Below, in pieces: positions 1 through 13,200 of a stretch of 64,000 bases of DNA. Location: contig CM052817.1 of assembly GCA_028534125.1 (NCBI GenBank), positions 31,932,001 through 31,996,000 on the forward strand, read 5' to 3'. The stretch comes from Lama glama (lineage: Eukaryota). The notes under the pieces are model-generated. The model saw only the letters and a program-made list of their open reading frames with translations. It was not told where the DNA came from and made no database searches. The translations under genes and the position numbers were made by a program. How positions within the stretch are numbered: the first letter of the stretch is position 1; every line of letters begins with the position of its first letter.

Positions 1-27
1 AAGGATTGAAAATACATTTTACTTTAC

Positions 28-229
28 CTAGTTGTTGATGTTGGTGTTTGTCATAATGACTGTGATAGAAATTGATTCCACCTTCCTGGTCTACAGTCTT
101 CTCTGATGAGAGCAAACTAAGACGTTTCATCTTCAGTAATCTTGGAAACCTTTCCTGAAAGCTGTCTCTAGTGTCCAAGACCACATCCCCCGAAAGAACG
201 GGAGGAACAACTCTCTTCAAAAAATCCAT
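28..229 (-). CDS. Probable first coding segment of an unidentified minus-strand gene (67 codons + 1 nt, continues beyond the window): MDFLKRVVPPVLSGDVVLDTRDSFQERFPRLLKMKRLSLLSSEKTVDQEGGINFYHSHYDKHQHQQL
   Basis: ATG at 229-227 in strong context (aaaATGg), with an in-frame TAG 5 codons upstream. The frame is open to donor TAG|GTAAAG (exon ends at 28). It is absent from the ORF track because no stop is reached inside the window. Protein not recognised, so it could instead be a long uORF. Confidence 0.5.
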
Positions 230-576
230 TTTAAGGTTCTTCTACATTATTAGACCCATGAGCGCACAGGAAGGTGCTTGTACCAACTTCTTTGGTGGGA
301 AGGTAAGGTACAACTATTCATGTCAAACAGCAAAGAAACGTCATGTAGATTTAGGTGGTGCTAATCATGGGTCGACTGCCAGCTGTTTTGAAGCTGATTT
401 TTAAGACATTTGCTGTTCATACTGATAACGAGCCAAACAGCTACAGACGGTGAAACTGTACTTCACGTATTCATACACATGTACATGTACAGTGGGTGTT
501 AACAGCAATATGGAGACTATAAAATGTATCCATCTAGTTTCACATTTAGACTTTGAAAACCTACACTGTGATAATG
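28..576 (-). other. Exon (5'UTR plus putative start) of the minus-strand gene
   Basis: Donor AG|GTAAAG at 28/27. Three closely spaced acceptor AGs (tttgttttAG|cattatcacAG|tgtAG|gttt) give exon starts at 576, 565 or 560. Non-repetitive sequence with retained CpGs. Confidence 0.7.
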
Positions 577-1126
577 CTAAAACAAATTTACTTTGGTCGG
601 AGGTGTGTCTTACTTTTAAATACACTTAACAGCTTAAGTATGAAATAGTAACTTGTATTCAAAAGATAATTCCTATTATCTGAAAACTCAGTAACAGACC
701 TCAGAAAGATCAAGTTTTATAAGACATGAAATGGAATAATTTAAAATATTCTGTATTATGAACAGCTCAATGTACTTTTAGATACACACACACACACAAA
801 AACTCATTACAATCAATCATAAGTATTAACAGTAGCAATAGAAACCTTGGCATGAATTACCCCCTAAAACTGGTAATTTAAAATAAATTAATCTAAAAAA
901 AAGTTGAAGAATTTAAAGTGTAAATATTTAATTCAGAAAACCCAGTAATTAGCCTTACATAGTTTATTTCCAAATAACTGAATATTCTACTAAATATTTT
1001 AAAGTAGCAAAAGTAGCTGATCCTACTGCCTTAATATAACCCAGAAGCATGACAAAATAGGCCAGTCAAAGATGCCCACATACCACTTTATGAGCTGAAA
1101 TTAGTATCTTCTCTCCTTTCCTTTGC

Positions 1127-1140
1127 CTGCCCTCTGGTGG
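1127..1140 (-). promoter_or_regulatory. CTCF-like motif CCACCAGAGGGCAG
   Basis: Matches the CTCF core consensus CCASYAGRKGGCRS at all 14 positions. Binding not shown. Confidence 0.45.
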
Positions 1141-1911
1141 GGGTACAAAGTGACCAAGACAGAAATGGAAAAAACAAAATAAAGGAATGGATAAGGCATC
1201 AATTTTCCTAAGTAATCAAACTGATAACTTTGACAGATATACATTTTAATAATTTAAAAAATCTGATTCACTTAGTGAAACACAAACATAATCTCATTCT
1301 TCCAATACAAAAAGAAAGTGATTTACATATTTTAAAAGATGACGTACCTAATTGTCTATACAGACATCAGGGGAAACTGTTGTAATGTAAAAACAAGTAA
1401 ATTCTGGTCTGAATTGCTGAGTTTTTAATCCTTATTCTTCTGCCACATTAATAAAGAAGTCAATTATTCTTTATTTCACTCATTTAAAAGAGGTTAACAT
1501 GATGGTCCTCTACATGGAAAACATTAATATGGTATGAAGATTCAGAGAAAATTTAGAGGATTTATTAATGCAAATTCTGTCTCAGGGAGTCCTACAGTAA
1601 AAAGGGGAAAAAACAAGAAAGTCAGGTAAAGGACTTACATTTTTTGCCCTAAAGCAGGTCTGCACCAATTAGGGAAAAACAAACAAACAAACAAAACATT
1701 GACTTTTAAAAAATCCTTCTCAGAAGCTAGATTCTCTCTTAACCCTGGAGCATAAAAGGATAAAAATTCATATCTGATCAACCAATTCTCTACACACAGA
1801 AAAAACAACAGGCTAGAACCATAATCTATATCCTTTAATAGCCTAGAAGTTATCACTGTGTCTTCCAGGGTTTCTGGTTTCTGTTTTTTACATCTTAACT
1901 TCATTCATTCA

Positions 1912-2325
1912 TTTTTTAAAAATCGAAGTATAACTGACTTACAACATTATATTAGTTTCAGGTGTACAACATAGTGAGTCAATGTTTTTATACATTATGA
2001 AAAGATCACCATGATGAGTCTAGTTACCACCTGTCACCATACAAAGTTGTTACAATATTATTGAGTATATTCTCTATGCTGTACATCACAACCTCATAAC
2101 TTATTTATTTCATAACTGAAAGTCTGTACCTCTTAATCTCCCTCACCTATCTTACCCACACCCCATTCCCCGCCCTGACAAGCACCCGTTTGTTCCCTGT
2201 ATCTATGAGTCTGTTCCTGTATGTGTGTTTCTTTGTTTTGTTTTTTAAATTCCACATATAAGTGAAATCATATGGTATTTGTCTTTCTCTGACTTACTTT
2301 ACTTAGTATACTACCCTCTAGGTCT
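1912..2325 (-). mobile_element. L1 3' end fragment (L1MA-like)
   Basis: Typical antisense L1 3'UTR motifs (tttcaggtgtacaacatagtga...ccacatataagtgaaatcatatggtatttgtctttct). Confidence 0.85.
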
Positions 2326-2689
2326 ATGTTGTTTTATCCCTTTGTTTCCTATTTATGGATAAGATCTCGTGTTCTTTAAAACTTACGTGTGTGGCCTTCC
2401 TCAGGTCCCCCTGCAGGTCTTCCTTATCTGTGGAGCCCAGGAGCACAGTCCTACCACCTGCGTCACTGCTAATCTCACTGTTCTAAACTGCACTTTCAAC
2501 TGGGGAAAGGAAGGGCGGGGATTAGGTGCTGTGGGAGAGACCACAAGATTTTTCTCAGATTTCCTTCATTCAACAAATACTCACTGAGCAGCTTCTTTCA
2601 TGGCCTGTGCATGATACAAAAGCAGTAAAGATATACGTCTACTCTCAAGAAACTTACTATTTATGAAGGGGAAAAAATCTCAACCACAA

Positions 2690-2841
2690 GACCCCCGTCT
2701 TGGTTGGCCAAGGCATTGCTGACCCTACATTACACTTCATTTCCTCTAATAACCCTCTTTTTATGGGTGTTGATCCCTAATAAACATCCTGGAAACCAAA
2801 CTCCTTTACAGCATCTACTTGTGGAGGACTCACCCCGTGAC
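2690..2841 (+). mobile_element. ERVL LTR (LTR16-like) 3' fragment
   Basis: ccctAATAAAcatcctg...gcatctacttg...gtgaCA end resembles the LTR16 terminus. Confidence 0.55.
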
Positions 2842-3099
2842 ATACAGCAAAGGGGAAAGCATGACATTCCAGTGACAAAGCTATCCATTACTAGCTGAAT
2901 CTATGATGGGGAAATGCCATAAAGCCTTGTTTGCATGCTGATTCTAAGATCTTTGGTTGATTATTACAACCGTGAACTCCTGGTATAAACAGGATTAAGA
3001 AATTGTAACAGAGGCTGGTCACTCAAAGACAGCATTTAAAAATCTTTTTTAGTCCTCATGGTCACTATTTAGCCATTAGAATATTTATTTTAATCTTAC

Positions 3100-3232
3100 C
3101 GTAGAATTTCAAGAGAATGATTTCTTGGTGGTAAGTTGTTTCATCTAATCCTGGCTATGGGACTCTTGAGTAGTTTTGAGAATTAAGCATTTAGGTGTTA
3201 ATCATCCGAGATTCAAATAAATGACTTCGACT
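3100..3232 (-). other. 133-nt non-coding (5'UTR) exon
   Basis: Strong pyrimidine-rich acceptor ending ttcttcAG| and donor ACG|GTAAGA. Contains three short ATG-stop ORFs. Confidence 0.8.
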
Positions 3233-3389
3233 CTGAAGAAAAACAAAATATGAGATTGACACATTAGATATGTTTTTAATAAGCACATCTGTGTGTGACT
3301 CATATCCACCTTTACTTCTGAATATATTATATTGCAGTGTCACGTGGTGCTACAGTTATCCTTTTTCAATTAATGTTGCATTACATTTT

Positions 3390-3830
3390 TCCTAAGTTTT
3401 TATTATGAACAATTTCAAACTAATGCAGAATTATTGAGACTAGTATAATGAATTCACCATTATTAACTCACAACAAATCATGTTGCATTCATATCTCCAC
3501 CCACCCCCAGCCCCTATCCCACCACTCTGGCTTATTCTGAGGCAAATTCCAGGCATTAAGCCACTTCACCTACAGATAATTCTGCATGTATCTAAGACAA
3601 AAATTTCTTTTTTAAACATAAGGCAATATAATTATAATATCTACAATAAATTCATAATAATTTCTTCATAACATCAACTACCAATCAGTGCTCCAATTTC
3701 CCCAACTGTTTCTTAAGTGTTTTTTTTAAATCAGTTTGTTCTAATCCAGATCTAAACAAAATCCATACAGGCAATTGTTGTTTGTCTCCTAAATCCCTTT
3801 TAATCTATAGCTTTTTCCCTTTCTCTCTTC
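3390..3830 (-). mobile_element. Old L1 (L1MC/ME-type) 3' fragment
   Basis: Degenerate similarity to ancient L1 3' ends (tttttattatgaacaatttcaaac...gcaaattccaggcat). Confidence 0.55.
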
Positions 3831-6800
3831 TCTCCGCAGTGACAAGCAACGCTTTTACTAGCCAATGATTGAATGAATACATCAATACCTTAACTGTTCA
3901 ATAATATATTGAATCCATTTGTATTTTATTCACTAAAATAATCAGATCTGCAAAGCAGTTCATGTATCCACTAGGCCTAACATTTATCCCATCTATGGAC
4001 AATGTTTAGGATGCATATTTTTCAAAAACCTATGATAACGCCTTTGAGGGGGTCATGGACTGTGAAGTACTATACCTTATATGTAATAATTGGATGGCTA
4101 CTAAGAATGAAACAAATGACCATAGGGTCATTATCCTTTCTTTTTCCATATATAAGGCCTCACAGGTAATCAGGCACATTCGTGTTTTTATTACTACGAA
4201 AGGTCTGCACATTTTTCAACAGTTAAATAGTCACATTTTTAATTTGTGATTGAAATTCTAATCAACCACATTGTAAATTATAACTAGTTTCTTACTATTT
4301 TTTCTGTTTAATGAATTTAATCCCCAATCCAACAGAAAGAACTACTATCTGAAATATTAATTTTGTACTTAAACTTCTTAATTTGAAATTCCTTTAGCCA
4401 AGTCAGAAAAACACAATATTTCATTTATTCATAGGCATAATCAACAAAATCATGACTGAAATCAAATCTTAAAGCCCCAAAACTGGTAAACATTAACAAA
4501 ATGCGAATGAAGAAGCACCTGTTCGTAATCAATATCATTCAAACTTAACGGAATTTTTGACTGCCCCACTAAATATTTCTGAATCTATTAACAACATGAT
4601 ATCTACAATTCTGCCACAATTTTTGATACTTTATCTCAGGTTCGTGGAATCATTTCTCCCTCAACGAGTCTAAGGCTTATGTGACAAATGACCTACCATT
4701 TCTTGTAGATAGTGGGCAGGACACAGTCATTTACTGGTCTATATTTAATGAAACTTAAACTATTTTTCACTTTGTCTTCTAGGACAGATCACAAACCAAG
4801 TACTCCTGGAGGACAAAACAGTTTTAGAAATACTGCAAAAATTTCATCTAGGATTGATTTGTACCACCATGTCTAGGTCTTTTGTTTTGCTTCATTTTTA
4901 AATATTTTTTCTGTTCAGACACAGCAAGAGCCAATGCCATGCTTTTCGTATGCGTTTTCTCTTCCTGTGACCATGCTGTCAGAGCACTGTGGCATTTTAA
5001 GACTTCCCAATGTTTGTCCAGAATTTTCAGTACCTCTCCAGTAGAGATACAACTTCTGTACTTTCCACTTTCTCTTTTGATAAAATAAACAAACATAAGT
5101 CTTTAGTTACCCTGGAAAATATTTGGTATATACTTCTCTGGCTTTCTTTACAGGTTGTAATCAGGGATGAGTTTTTTTGCTTTTTGTTTTGTTTCGTTTA
5201 GATGTGGTTTGGGGTTTTTTTCCTGCACATCCACTACATTTTCGTCTTGTCTCCGTACAAATTATCTAACGTGGAACTCATTTTTATTTTCATTTCACTT
5301 GATTAACTTGAGAATATTTTCTCTCCAAGAAGAGTAATCTTTATTACTACTTTTATACTACTGCTTTTGAGATGGTCATGGTCAGAGAGGTTAGGTAACT
5401 GTGGTCATGGTATACAGATGACCATGGCTGTTGTTTCTTACTTTAAAAGAAAAAGGTCATAAAAACCAGTGACTTGAGGAGGTCAGTTGGCATTTGACAA
5501 CACTGAAGAGAAGACTGTAAGTAGTCAAATAGCACAAGCTGTAAAGGGCCGAGGCTTTAAACCTGCAGCAAGACTAATGATGTGGAAGCTTCTATGTGTA
5601 ATAAACAAAGAGAACAGTGGCCCTGCTATAGTACTTGAGAGGATTCTCAGATCAAATGAGGTCCTTCAGGGACAATCTTGCTTCATTTCAGTTTAGAAAG
5701 TAAAAGAGAAAGTTGAATGGTTGCTCAGATAACATATTAACCTCATTTCCTTTCTGAATAGAATTACTCGAATAATAAAGAACAGAAATGCCACAAATTT
5801 AATGTATCTTAATTACAGTAAGATACCTGACATATAAGTCTCTGATATACACTGATTCAGAAAATGATAATCTTGAGCAAATAGGGCAAACATTAAGAAT
5901 AAATGAATCTCAGTGATGATCACTGTAAGTATTCCCAATACCTCTAGGCTTGGAATACTTCATAATTCGAAAAAGAGGACAAGGAAGTTAGGGTGCCTAG
6001 CACAAGGTAGATTTGAATTCAACATAATTAAAAAAGAATAACTTAGTTATTATGTAATTAATTTAAAAGGTGCTTCATAAAGAAATGGAGTTCCTGCTCA
6101 CCGAGTTTATAGGCAAAGATTGTTAGAAATGCTATAGGAAGGGTTACCCCACTGGGTAAAGGATTAGGCTGAATTACTTTCAAAGATTCCAACTTGCAAC
6201 TCTGAATTTCACTTCAAAATGTATTTTGTACTTATACTGGAATGTGCTGTGACCTAAGATTCAATCATACTTTAAAGAAACCACATTGTAAGATATGAAA
6301 TCTGTAAGGAAAAATTTCTGCCCTTATATTACAATCATTCTGGGAATATTGCAAGGCCTCTTAAAATGATTCAAAAGACAAAAATGATGCAAATGTTCTG
6401 ACAGCCTTTTAGAGTAAGGATGCAATGGCTTTCAAATAAATTAGAATAACAATAGCTCCTATCTGTAGTGGCAAAATAAGTATGGAAAATATACAATGCA
6501 GTAACTTGTTAATCTACCAAAGATTATGTAAAATGAGAAAAATCTACTTGGCAGCAAATAATTATTCAAATATCTTTTCTGTCTGGCTGGCAAAAAAACA
6601 TTAAAATGAAGAATTTACAGTTATCCCTTTAAGAAAGAAAAAATATATAAAATAAACACTGGTTCTATCACAGTTCAATTTTTAGAAATTCACTTTTTCT
6701 CTTATTTTAGAAATGAAATTTTTACAATTTTTAAAACCGACCTGCATTTTAATTTTCTGTCATTCTTTTTAACCTTCTAGCAAATTTTAACTTTAAGGAG

Positions 6801-7424
6801 TATGGAAACTTATGCTGACTAACGTAATCACAGATTACACTATTTCACCTGCTAAAAATGCTGTGTAATGGTACTGAGCTAGAATAACTGGACTTCATTG
6901 CAAAAACCTAAACCTCTTGCTGATAATGCAATGTTCTCTGCAGGTAAATTTATGAACATTTTGTTGATTTTACATTTTTAGCCACAACAGCAGTTGCTGC
7001 CATACTATTTGGTCTAATGAAAACAATTAGCAAAATTTTCCATTCACAAATTTCAGGAAAGTTTTCTATAACACTTTCATTCATTGAATCAAATGAAAAT
7101 AGCACCAAAGCACAACATTTTCTAATAGACTGATGAATGAATATGCATTGTTTAGAATCATTTTCCTATTACATTTCTACAGCATTTCTAACCCATTCTA
7201 CAGCATTTTTACTGGCACCGAAGAAAAAAAAAAAGAATTCAACCCCAAAATTATCATAGAAATGCTCTATGTATTCATCTAGACTTAACAAGAGAAAAAT
7301 TTTGGTCAAATGTAGAAACAGCTCAGTAAGACATCAATCTCACGAAATCTGGAATGTACTCCCATCCCTAACTTCTAAAAATCCAGTACTGCTAACTATG
7401 CCATACATAAATTTACAAAACCAT

Positions 7425-7535
7425 ACTTTCAACAAATATTTACTGAGCAGAACCATGTACCAAGAGCCAGGGACAGAGGAGTGACGAGAAAAGACAAAAA
7501 AATCCCTACCCTCATGGAGCTTACATTCTATTCTA
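7425..7535 (-). mobile_element. L2 3' end
   Basis: ttcaacaaatatttactgagc...ccctcatggagcttacattcta is the hallmark L2 tail in reverse. Confidence 0.8.
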
Positions 7536-7544
7536 GTAGGAGCT

Positions 7545-7681
7545 GGAGTTTTTTGGAGCCATTCCTTCGAGAATCTGAAAAAAGTGTTGGAGGGCTCTCC
7601 TTCCAACATGCACATATACCTAATTTTACAGGGTTATGAACCTTCACAACCCAATCATTAACTACAGATTAAGAACCCCTG
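7545..7681. mobile_element. hAT-Charlie DNA transposon remnant
   Basis: gagaatctg...atgcacata...ttaagaacccctg motifs. A similar remnant lies at ~47975-48065. Confidence 0.45.
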
Positions 7682-7771
7682 ATAAAAATCCTCCTTGTGC
7701 CTATTTTCTATTACTACAGTTGATAGTTGACAGTTTCATAATCTTACTATTCATGGTAAAAGGATGCAGTA

Positions 7772-8092
7772 TAGTCATCTCTCAGTAACTAGGGGGTCTT
7801 GGTTCTAGGACCCCTTGTGGAAACCAAAATCATCTGGTGCTCAAGACCCTCATACAAAATTGCACAGGATTCACAAATCTTCCCACACACTTTAAATCTT
7901 CTCTAGATTACTTATAATACCTAATACAATGCAAATGTTACATAATAGTTGTAAATACAACGTTAATGCTATGGTGAGCAGCAAATTCAAGTTTTGCTTT
8001 TGGAACTTTCTGGAATTTTTTTCATTAATATTTTCGAGCCGAGGTTGGTTGACTCTATGGATGAAGAAGCCTCAGATACAAAGGGCTGACTG
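7772..8092 (+). mobile_element. MER2-like TcMar-Tigger MITE
   Basis: Termini tagtcatctctcagta.../...tacaaagggctgactg flanked by TA, plus the diagnostic core ctctagattacttataatacctaatacaatg. Confidence 0.85.
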
Positions 8093-8884
8093 TAATTTTT
8101 TTTTCATTAAAATACTTAGAGCCTTCAAATTTCAACAGAATGTTTTCTATTTATTCTATCTGTACCTCTCACAAATTTCTAGACTATCAGATTACCCTTT
8201 ATTAATCTTGGTCTTTCCAGAAAAAAATTGATCCTAACCTCTTTGGTAACTTCCTAGGGAAACTCCCTAACCTTAACAGAAATATCAATTGTCCCCAAAT
8301 TTTTGTTCTTGCTTTTCACAAAACAAGTGTAAGTGACCCCTTATTAAAAGCTTTTTTATTTAAAAATACAACTTCTAAAATACTTTTAGGGTTATTACTG
8401 TCTCTAATTAATGTCTTAAGTCTTTTATACCTATAATTTAAAAAAATTATACATTGGAAATTGCTCCACCTAATTATGATCCAAAGGTCTTATACGATCA
8501 AACATCAACGAAAAGTCATGAAAATTTGATATGCATACTTTATATGTTTCTATAAAACAGTCTATGATAAAAAGGTTTTGGGTTAATCCAAATTTTAAGT
8601 TAATCAGAAAAATGAAGAAGTAGCTGTGCAAGGTCACAAAGCAAGTAAATGGCCACAATTTAACCTCCAAAGTTTCTCTTCTCTTTTCCTTTGCGTTTAT
8701 CGTCTCCAGCAAGCTTAGAAAAGCCACACTTTTCTAAGAACAACTATGAAAGCACAAATTCCCACTGATGTTTAGATGACCTATTTCTCTCAAATTTATA
8801 GCACCAAAACAATTTCTCTAAGTTTCAGGAAGAATGATCATTTGTTACCTGCAGTCTCATAAGCTGAATCAAAAGCCTTTCAAA

Positions 8885-9240
8885 TGTTTATGCTCTTTGA
8901 ACCAATAATTCCCCTTCTAAGAGCTTCTTCTAAGAAAATCATCAGAAACACACATACAGATTTATTTACAAAGATATCATTATACCATTATTCCTATGAG
9001 CAGAATACTGCAGGGAGACACGGAACAAAAACAAAGGACCAGTTGAAAAATAATCATGGTATATTCATTAGATGAAATGTTACCCATCAATTAAAAAATC
9101 GTATTTTTTGTTAATATGCCATAATATTCACCATATTTTTAAGTAAAAGTAGAAAAACAAAGCAATATTTATAGTATCTTCCCAATTATTGAGATAAAAC
9201 TACATTTAGAAGCAAAGAATAAACTTAGAAGGATAGACTC
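8885..9240 (+). mobile_element. Old L1 (L1ME-type) fragment
   Basis: ctttgaaccaataattccccttctaag... resembles the L1 ORF2 end/3'UTR. Confidence 0.5.
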
Positions 9241-9254
9241 AAATTGTTAAGGTA

Positions 9255-9396
9255 TTCAATCTCTCTATGCCCATTTCCTTGTCTGTAAAATAAGGATAAT
9301 AGAACCTCTCAAGGCTACTATGAGAATTAAGTGTAAAAGATGAAAAGTGCTTGAACAGTGCTTGACACATAGTACGTACTCAAATGTTTATTGTTA
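9255..9396 (+). mobile_element. MIR SINE
   Basis: Core tttccttgtctgtaaaataaggataata...aacagtgcttgacacatagta. Confidence 0.85.
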
Positions 9397-10044
9397 TTTA
9401 TTAACTCATATCATATATGCTGATAGACAAAATTTGCAACACTTTCAAAAAATAAGAAATGAAGAAATAAAAATCACTCATGATTCTAATAACTAAAGAT
9501 AACCATTATTAATTAATGTTTTAATATGCATTCAACATTTTATACAATTGGTATCATGTTTTACCATTTCTACCAGTTACAAAACATTGCAATATTTTAG
9601 AAATATATCATGCAGATTTCATCATCACTATTATTGAACATTAGACTCAGTTCTTGACTCTAAATAATATTGCAGTGAATATGTTGATTGGAGGTCTCTG
9701 TACACATCTTTGATTTTCCCCCCAAGAAAACGTCTAGAAACAGAATTTCTATCTCAAATGGTATGAAATGCACTTGGCCTGACTCCCCTACTGACCTGTA
9801 CAGACTGTAGACACATACTCAGTTGTCCATAATGCCAATTCCTCCCCTTTCTCCATGGGTACTTATGAGCTATTAAATGGCTTTTTCATTGGAACTTTTC
9901 TCTTGTTTTTTGGTGCAACTGCTTATCAGGTATTTCTCTTTTTCCATTTATTCTATTTAAAGGAGCTCACTTTCCCCTTTTACCATTCTAACATCCCAAA
10001 CAGAATCTGACCGTTCGTAACTTCTCTACATCCCTCAAAAAGAT

Positions 10045-10255
10045 TCTTAAGATTCTATTTTGTATATCTAAAAATAGAAGTCCTTCTCTTTCAGAAATAC
10101 ATCCTGAAATATTTATAGATGATGTGTTATGACAGAGGAACTGTATCAAAATAAGTGGGAACTGGAGAATGGAATGGGCAGAGATAACAAAGAGTTGATC
10201 AATGTTGAAGCTGAGGAATGAGTACATGAACATTCATTCTACTATTCTGTTTAAA
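10045..10255 (+). mobile_element. L1MC/ME 3' end fragment followed by AT-rich low complexity (to ~10400)
   Basis: tgaaatatttatagatga...tgttgaagctgagga...ttcattctactattct motif. Confidence 0.6.
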
Positions 10256-13200
10256 TATTTATTGTTAAATATTTAAGTACTGAATTTAAATACTTAATAT
10301 TTATATAAATGTATAATATAAATGTAATCTATAAATATGTTCATATGAATGTATTTCTCTATAAATATTTAAATATTAAATATAAATGTTAAATTCTTTA
10401 GTGGGGGAAACATTCTTAAAATAAATCTTTAAAAGATACAATTATTAAAATCCACAAAATAATTATTAAACTTCTACCATAATAATTCAATGATTATAAA
10501 AAAAAAGACCAAAACTATTTAAGCCAAATTCAAAACAACTACAGTATTTATAATCTCTCAGTTACACTTGCCAGTAATTCCCACAGATAAAAACATACTA
10601 CAATGCCTTTTTCCAAACCATGGCTTCAGCATACCATGCTGATTCTCCAAAACAATATTAGTATTTATATTGTGCATTACAAGAAGACAATTATGCCTCT
10701 GTATGTGCCCACGTGAATATTTGATAAGTAGTTTTATTATGCACTAGTATTAAATAATCCAAATTTTCTTGGTGCTTAAATCACATCTTGGTACCAAGTT
10801 AGGCACATCATAAACAATACTTCCAGATTAACAGTTAGCTCCACCAAAGTGTTTATTTGTACCCAGAGGCATGCAAGCAAGAACAGTGTAACGGAAATTC
10901 TACCTCGCTGCACATCTTTATGTACTGTGAGAAAATATCACCCATGTATATTTCTAACTGTAGAAAACACTTTACCTTGGAGTCAGGTCATGATGACAAG
11001 AGAGCATAACAAAAAGAATAAGTAATATATCTAGCGATAAAGGGATTAATGGCTGTTCCCCAGGTTTAAAGCAAGGGGGAAATGGAAAGATTGGAGACAT
11101 GTTTTCTAAACTCTGGTCACTGCACTAAAAAAATGCATTTTATAGAAATGAACTTATAATACAACTTATGTAACAACCTGGTATATCCACACCCACATGA
11201 TACATTTGAAATAATCTGCAGTACACTTTGATAGTTTCCAACCTATTTTTAAAAAGTGTTATATTCCAGTCACTACCCACGAACATGATTTCTTGACTTC
11301 ATAGTTTTAAACACCTGAACTAAGAAATTGGTCTGGGGGAAAAAAATGGCCTCGATTCCCTCCTGCTTACAAAACAAATGAGATGAATTCCTCTCTCCTC
11401 TGCATAGAAAATGACATTATGACATGTCTGGGAGGATGGGGAGCAGGGGACAGGAGACACTGAAGTGGGTAGGAATCAAAGCACTGCTGCTTAAACACAC
11501 ACACGTACCCCCTAACAGAGGAGGATCTCTTCAGTCTCTTCCTGTTCTAAAATTCTGTGGATCCAAGAGTTAGTTCTAAGATTATGAGTCCCTAGGAAGC
11601 AAGAAATTTATTGTTACATCTCCTACAGTGTCTAGCAAGCTGGCTTTCACAACAATAATAAGACACTAAATAAAGATTAAATTCAACTAATAATATGCAA
11701 AATAAGCACAGTGTAAAGGTTTCTGTCCTTTAAATGTATGTGTTTCACACTCTATTAAATGTAAAATCAATGCTATTGTATATTATTTGAAAATTCATAT
11801 GCATAAAAATGTTAAAATATATGTATCTTGTATGTATATACCTGTATATATATTAATATGTCACAAAACAAGTACTTTTCATGTTAGTTTTGTGCACAAA
11901 AAGCATAAAAACAATTCACATAAAATTAAAGCTCATAAATTAAATTACTTTGTCTCAATAATACCTTTTTTTCCTATCTGCTTAATGACAGTATTACTGA
12001 GCAAAGAAATGAGCAAAATATGGGTCCAGTATAAAAGAAAAATAACAATAACAATGTAAAACTTCCATAACTCAACCATGATTTTCAGTACTCTAAAGCC
12101 TATTAGTTCTTGGCTCAGTCTTTGCTTTTGCCTTAGAAGGAATAGTTTTCTCCAAAAAAAAAAAAATTCAATGATATTGAAGATTTTTCCTATATACATT
12201 AGTTTTCAATAAACGATTACAGTTTAACTGAAGTGGGAGGAAGATGAAAAAAGAGTATGTAAAAAAACCCAATTTTCAACCACAATAAAACCTTTTATAA
12301 ACAAGAACAGTAAGGTCAATCCTTCTACCTTTTATATAATGTTATACGATGCCATATGATACAATAAAATACATCATTCTCATGACACCCTGAAAATTAT
12401 AACACAACTCTCTCTTTCCATAAGCTTTACCCCAAATTCCTATTTCTCTGAGGTTTTGAATTAAATTTGGAAAAAAATCTAAAATTTTACCCAAATTAAC
12501 ATAACTTCTGATTTTCAAGAGAAAAATGTTTACAAATAAGTTTTTGTTAAAGAATAATGTATTTTAACAAGCCAATTCCAAATTTCCAGTTTTAGTTAAC
12601 ATTTCTCACTTTTTCTTGGATTTCTGAATTTTAACTACTAACTAAAATTAAACATGACTTTAAAAAGCTTCATGGAAAAGGACTTGAATTGTTCCTTGAA
12701 AGAAATAAAGGAAATTGAGAATTTGCATTGGCAGAGGAGAAAGAAGTAAGACCAGGAATACAGAATTCAAGGTAGAATTAGCCTCCCTACAGGTTTTCCA
12801 GGAAAAGAATTAGCGATGACGTCGGAACAATACAACTGGGCCAGCTAATGTTGAGGAGCCTTCACAAGCCACAGGGAGACACGCACTTAACACGGACTGA
12901 GAATCAACCCTGAACTCCCAGAATCCGCACAAAGCGGCATTACCACCACCAACCAGGAGCTTATAGACCAGCTGGAAGAAAGACACGTGGGACAACCCTT
13001 TTCTAGATACTTTGAGGGAAGTTACCTTAATACGTTCAAGCTACAACTGAGTGAGTACAAGGGAGGAAGGGATAAGAAAGACCTCTCCAAAGAAGCTGTG
13101 CTCTTAGCCTCCATTGCCAGGGACTAACTGGCTCTATAACCCACAACTACATGAATGGCTTTTGCCTTTCTTTGAGGAGCCGGCTAGCTGTTGATAAAAG

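Noticed and set aside
171..404. Plus-strand 77-aa ORF overlapping the start-codon exon
   Set aside because: GTG start and antisense to the splice-supported gene, so most likely incidental.
1639..1789. Possible minus-strand exon (donor AAT|GTAAGT, acceptors at 1789 or 1744)
   Set aside because: Several competing acceptors and a simple GTTT repeat inside. Looks like a pseudo-exon, with no further support.
10970..11020. Pyrimidine tract plus AAG|GTAAAG on the minus strand (recursive-site-like)
   Set aside because: AAG acceptor and interrupted tract are weak.
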